This document shows positions 63,535-64,000 of a stretch of DNA of 64,000 bases, in pieces. Source of the stretch: Owenia fusiformis. Taxonomy: Eukaryota. The stretch spans positions 40,734,001 through 40,798,000 of the forward strand of contig CAIIXF020000001.1 of the NCBI GenBank assembly GCA_903813345.2. The letters are read 5' to 3'. Position numbers and translations under genes: made by a program. The notes under the pieces are model-generated. The model saw nothing but the letters and a program-made list of their open reading frames with translations. It was not told the DNA's origin and ran no database searches. Every line of letters starts with the position of its first letter. Within the stretch, counting starts at the first letter, position 1.

Positions 63535-64000
63535 AGAATGAGAAAAAAGGATTGAAAACAGTCATAATTTACTCCTGATAACCATATTGTGTTTTATGGA
63601 TTACAACATTAGCTTCATTGCCTTCCCCTCCCCCTAGGATGGGCCCAGAAAAAATGTTGTTTTTGGCCCAAAAATTTATCAAGACCCTGATTTGGGGGCC
63701 TTTTGGGCCTTATTTTTAATATTAGGCCAAATAATTAAGAGAATGGGCCCAAATTTTTAGGGCGGAAATTCTTTTAGACTTGAAATGTGCCCCCCTTGCT
63801 AGTTTTCAGATCTGCCCCTGTGTTGACCCTTTGATATTAAGCTTATATACTCCGAGGCTGGATTTTGTCTGTCCAACATCATTTGAAACTGAATGCCCTA
63901 TTTTGTATGAATTCTAGTATCTACAATTAGTTTTTTTTATGAGTATTGGTTATCAATTTATATTCATTCTTCAACATATATTGTAATGACTTCTGTATGA
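63535..64000 (+). mobile_element. Penelope-like tail interrupted by a GC-rich MITE (about 63620-63820); runs off the window end
   Basis: tgagaaa..cagtcataattt..ttgtgttttatggatt before the insertion and tgttgaccctttga..ctggatttt..atctacaa..ttgtaatgacttc after it. Confidence 0.7.

Overview
AT-rich eukaryotic DNA with no prokaryotic hallmarks (no operons, long ORFs, rRNA or CRISPR). The repeat families suggest a marine invertebrate animal (inference). The window is mostly intron/intergenic sequence densely filled with non-autonomous transposons. It contains a frameshifted Penelope-like (Naiad/Chlamys-type) reverse transcriptase remnant with about ten scattered copies of its 3' tail, several Helentron-associated (HINE-like) elements, a mariner remnant retaining only the HTH region, MITEs with readable target-site duplications (TA, TTAA, 5, 6, 8 and 9 bp), and two tRNA-derived heads. 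The clearest structural oddities are a Russian-doll stack of three HINE elements (17.3-21.7 kb) and a 2.07-kb element with CAC ends, a 5-bp TSD and ~430-bp inverted arms (Transib-like signature). Several short open exon-like segments with good splice sites suggest an unrecognised spliced gene or pseudogene on the + strand, which I cannot confirm from sequence alone. Almost all ORFs in the supplied track are chance or repeat-derived. I found no convincing new protein-coding system.
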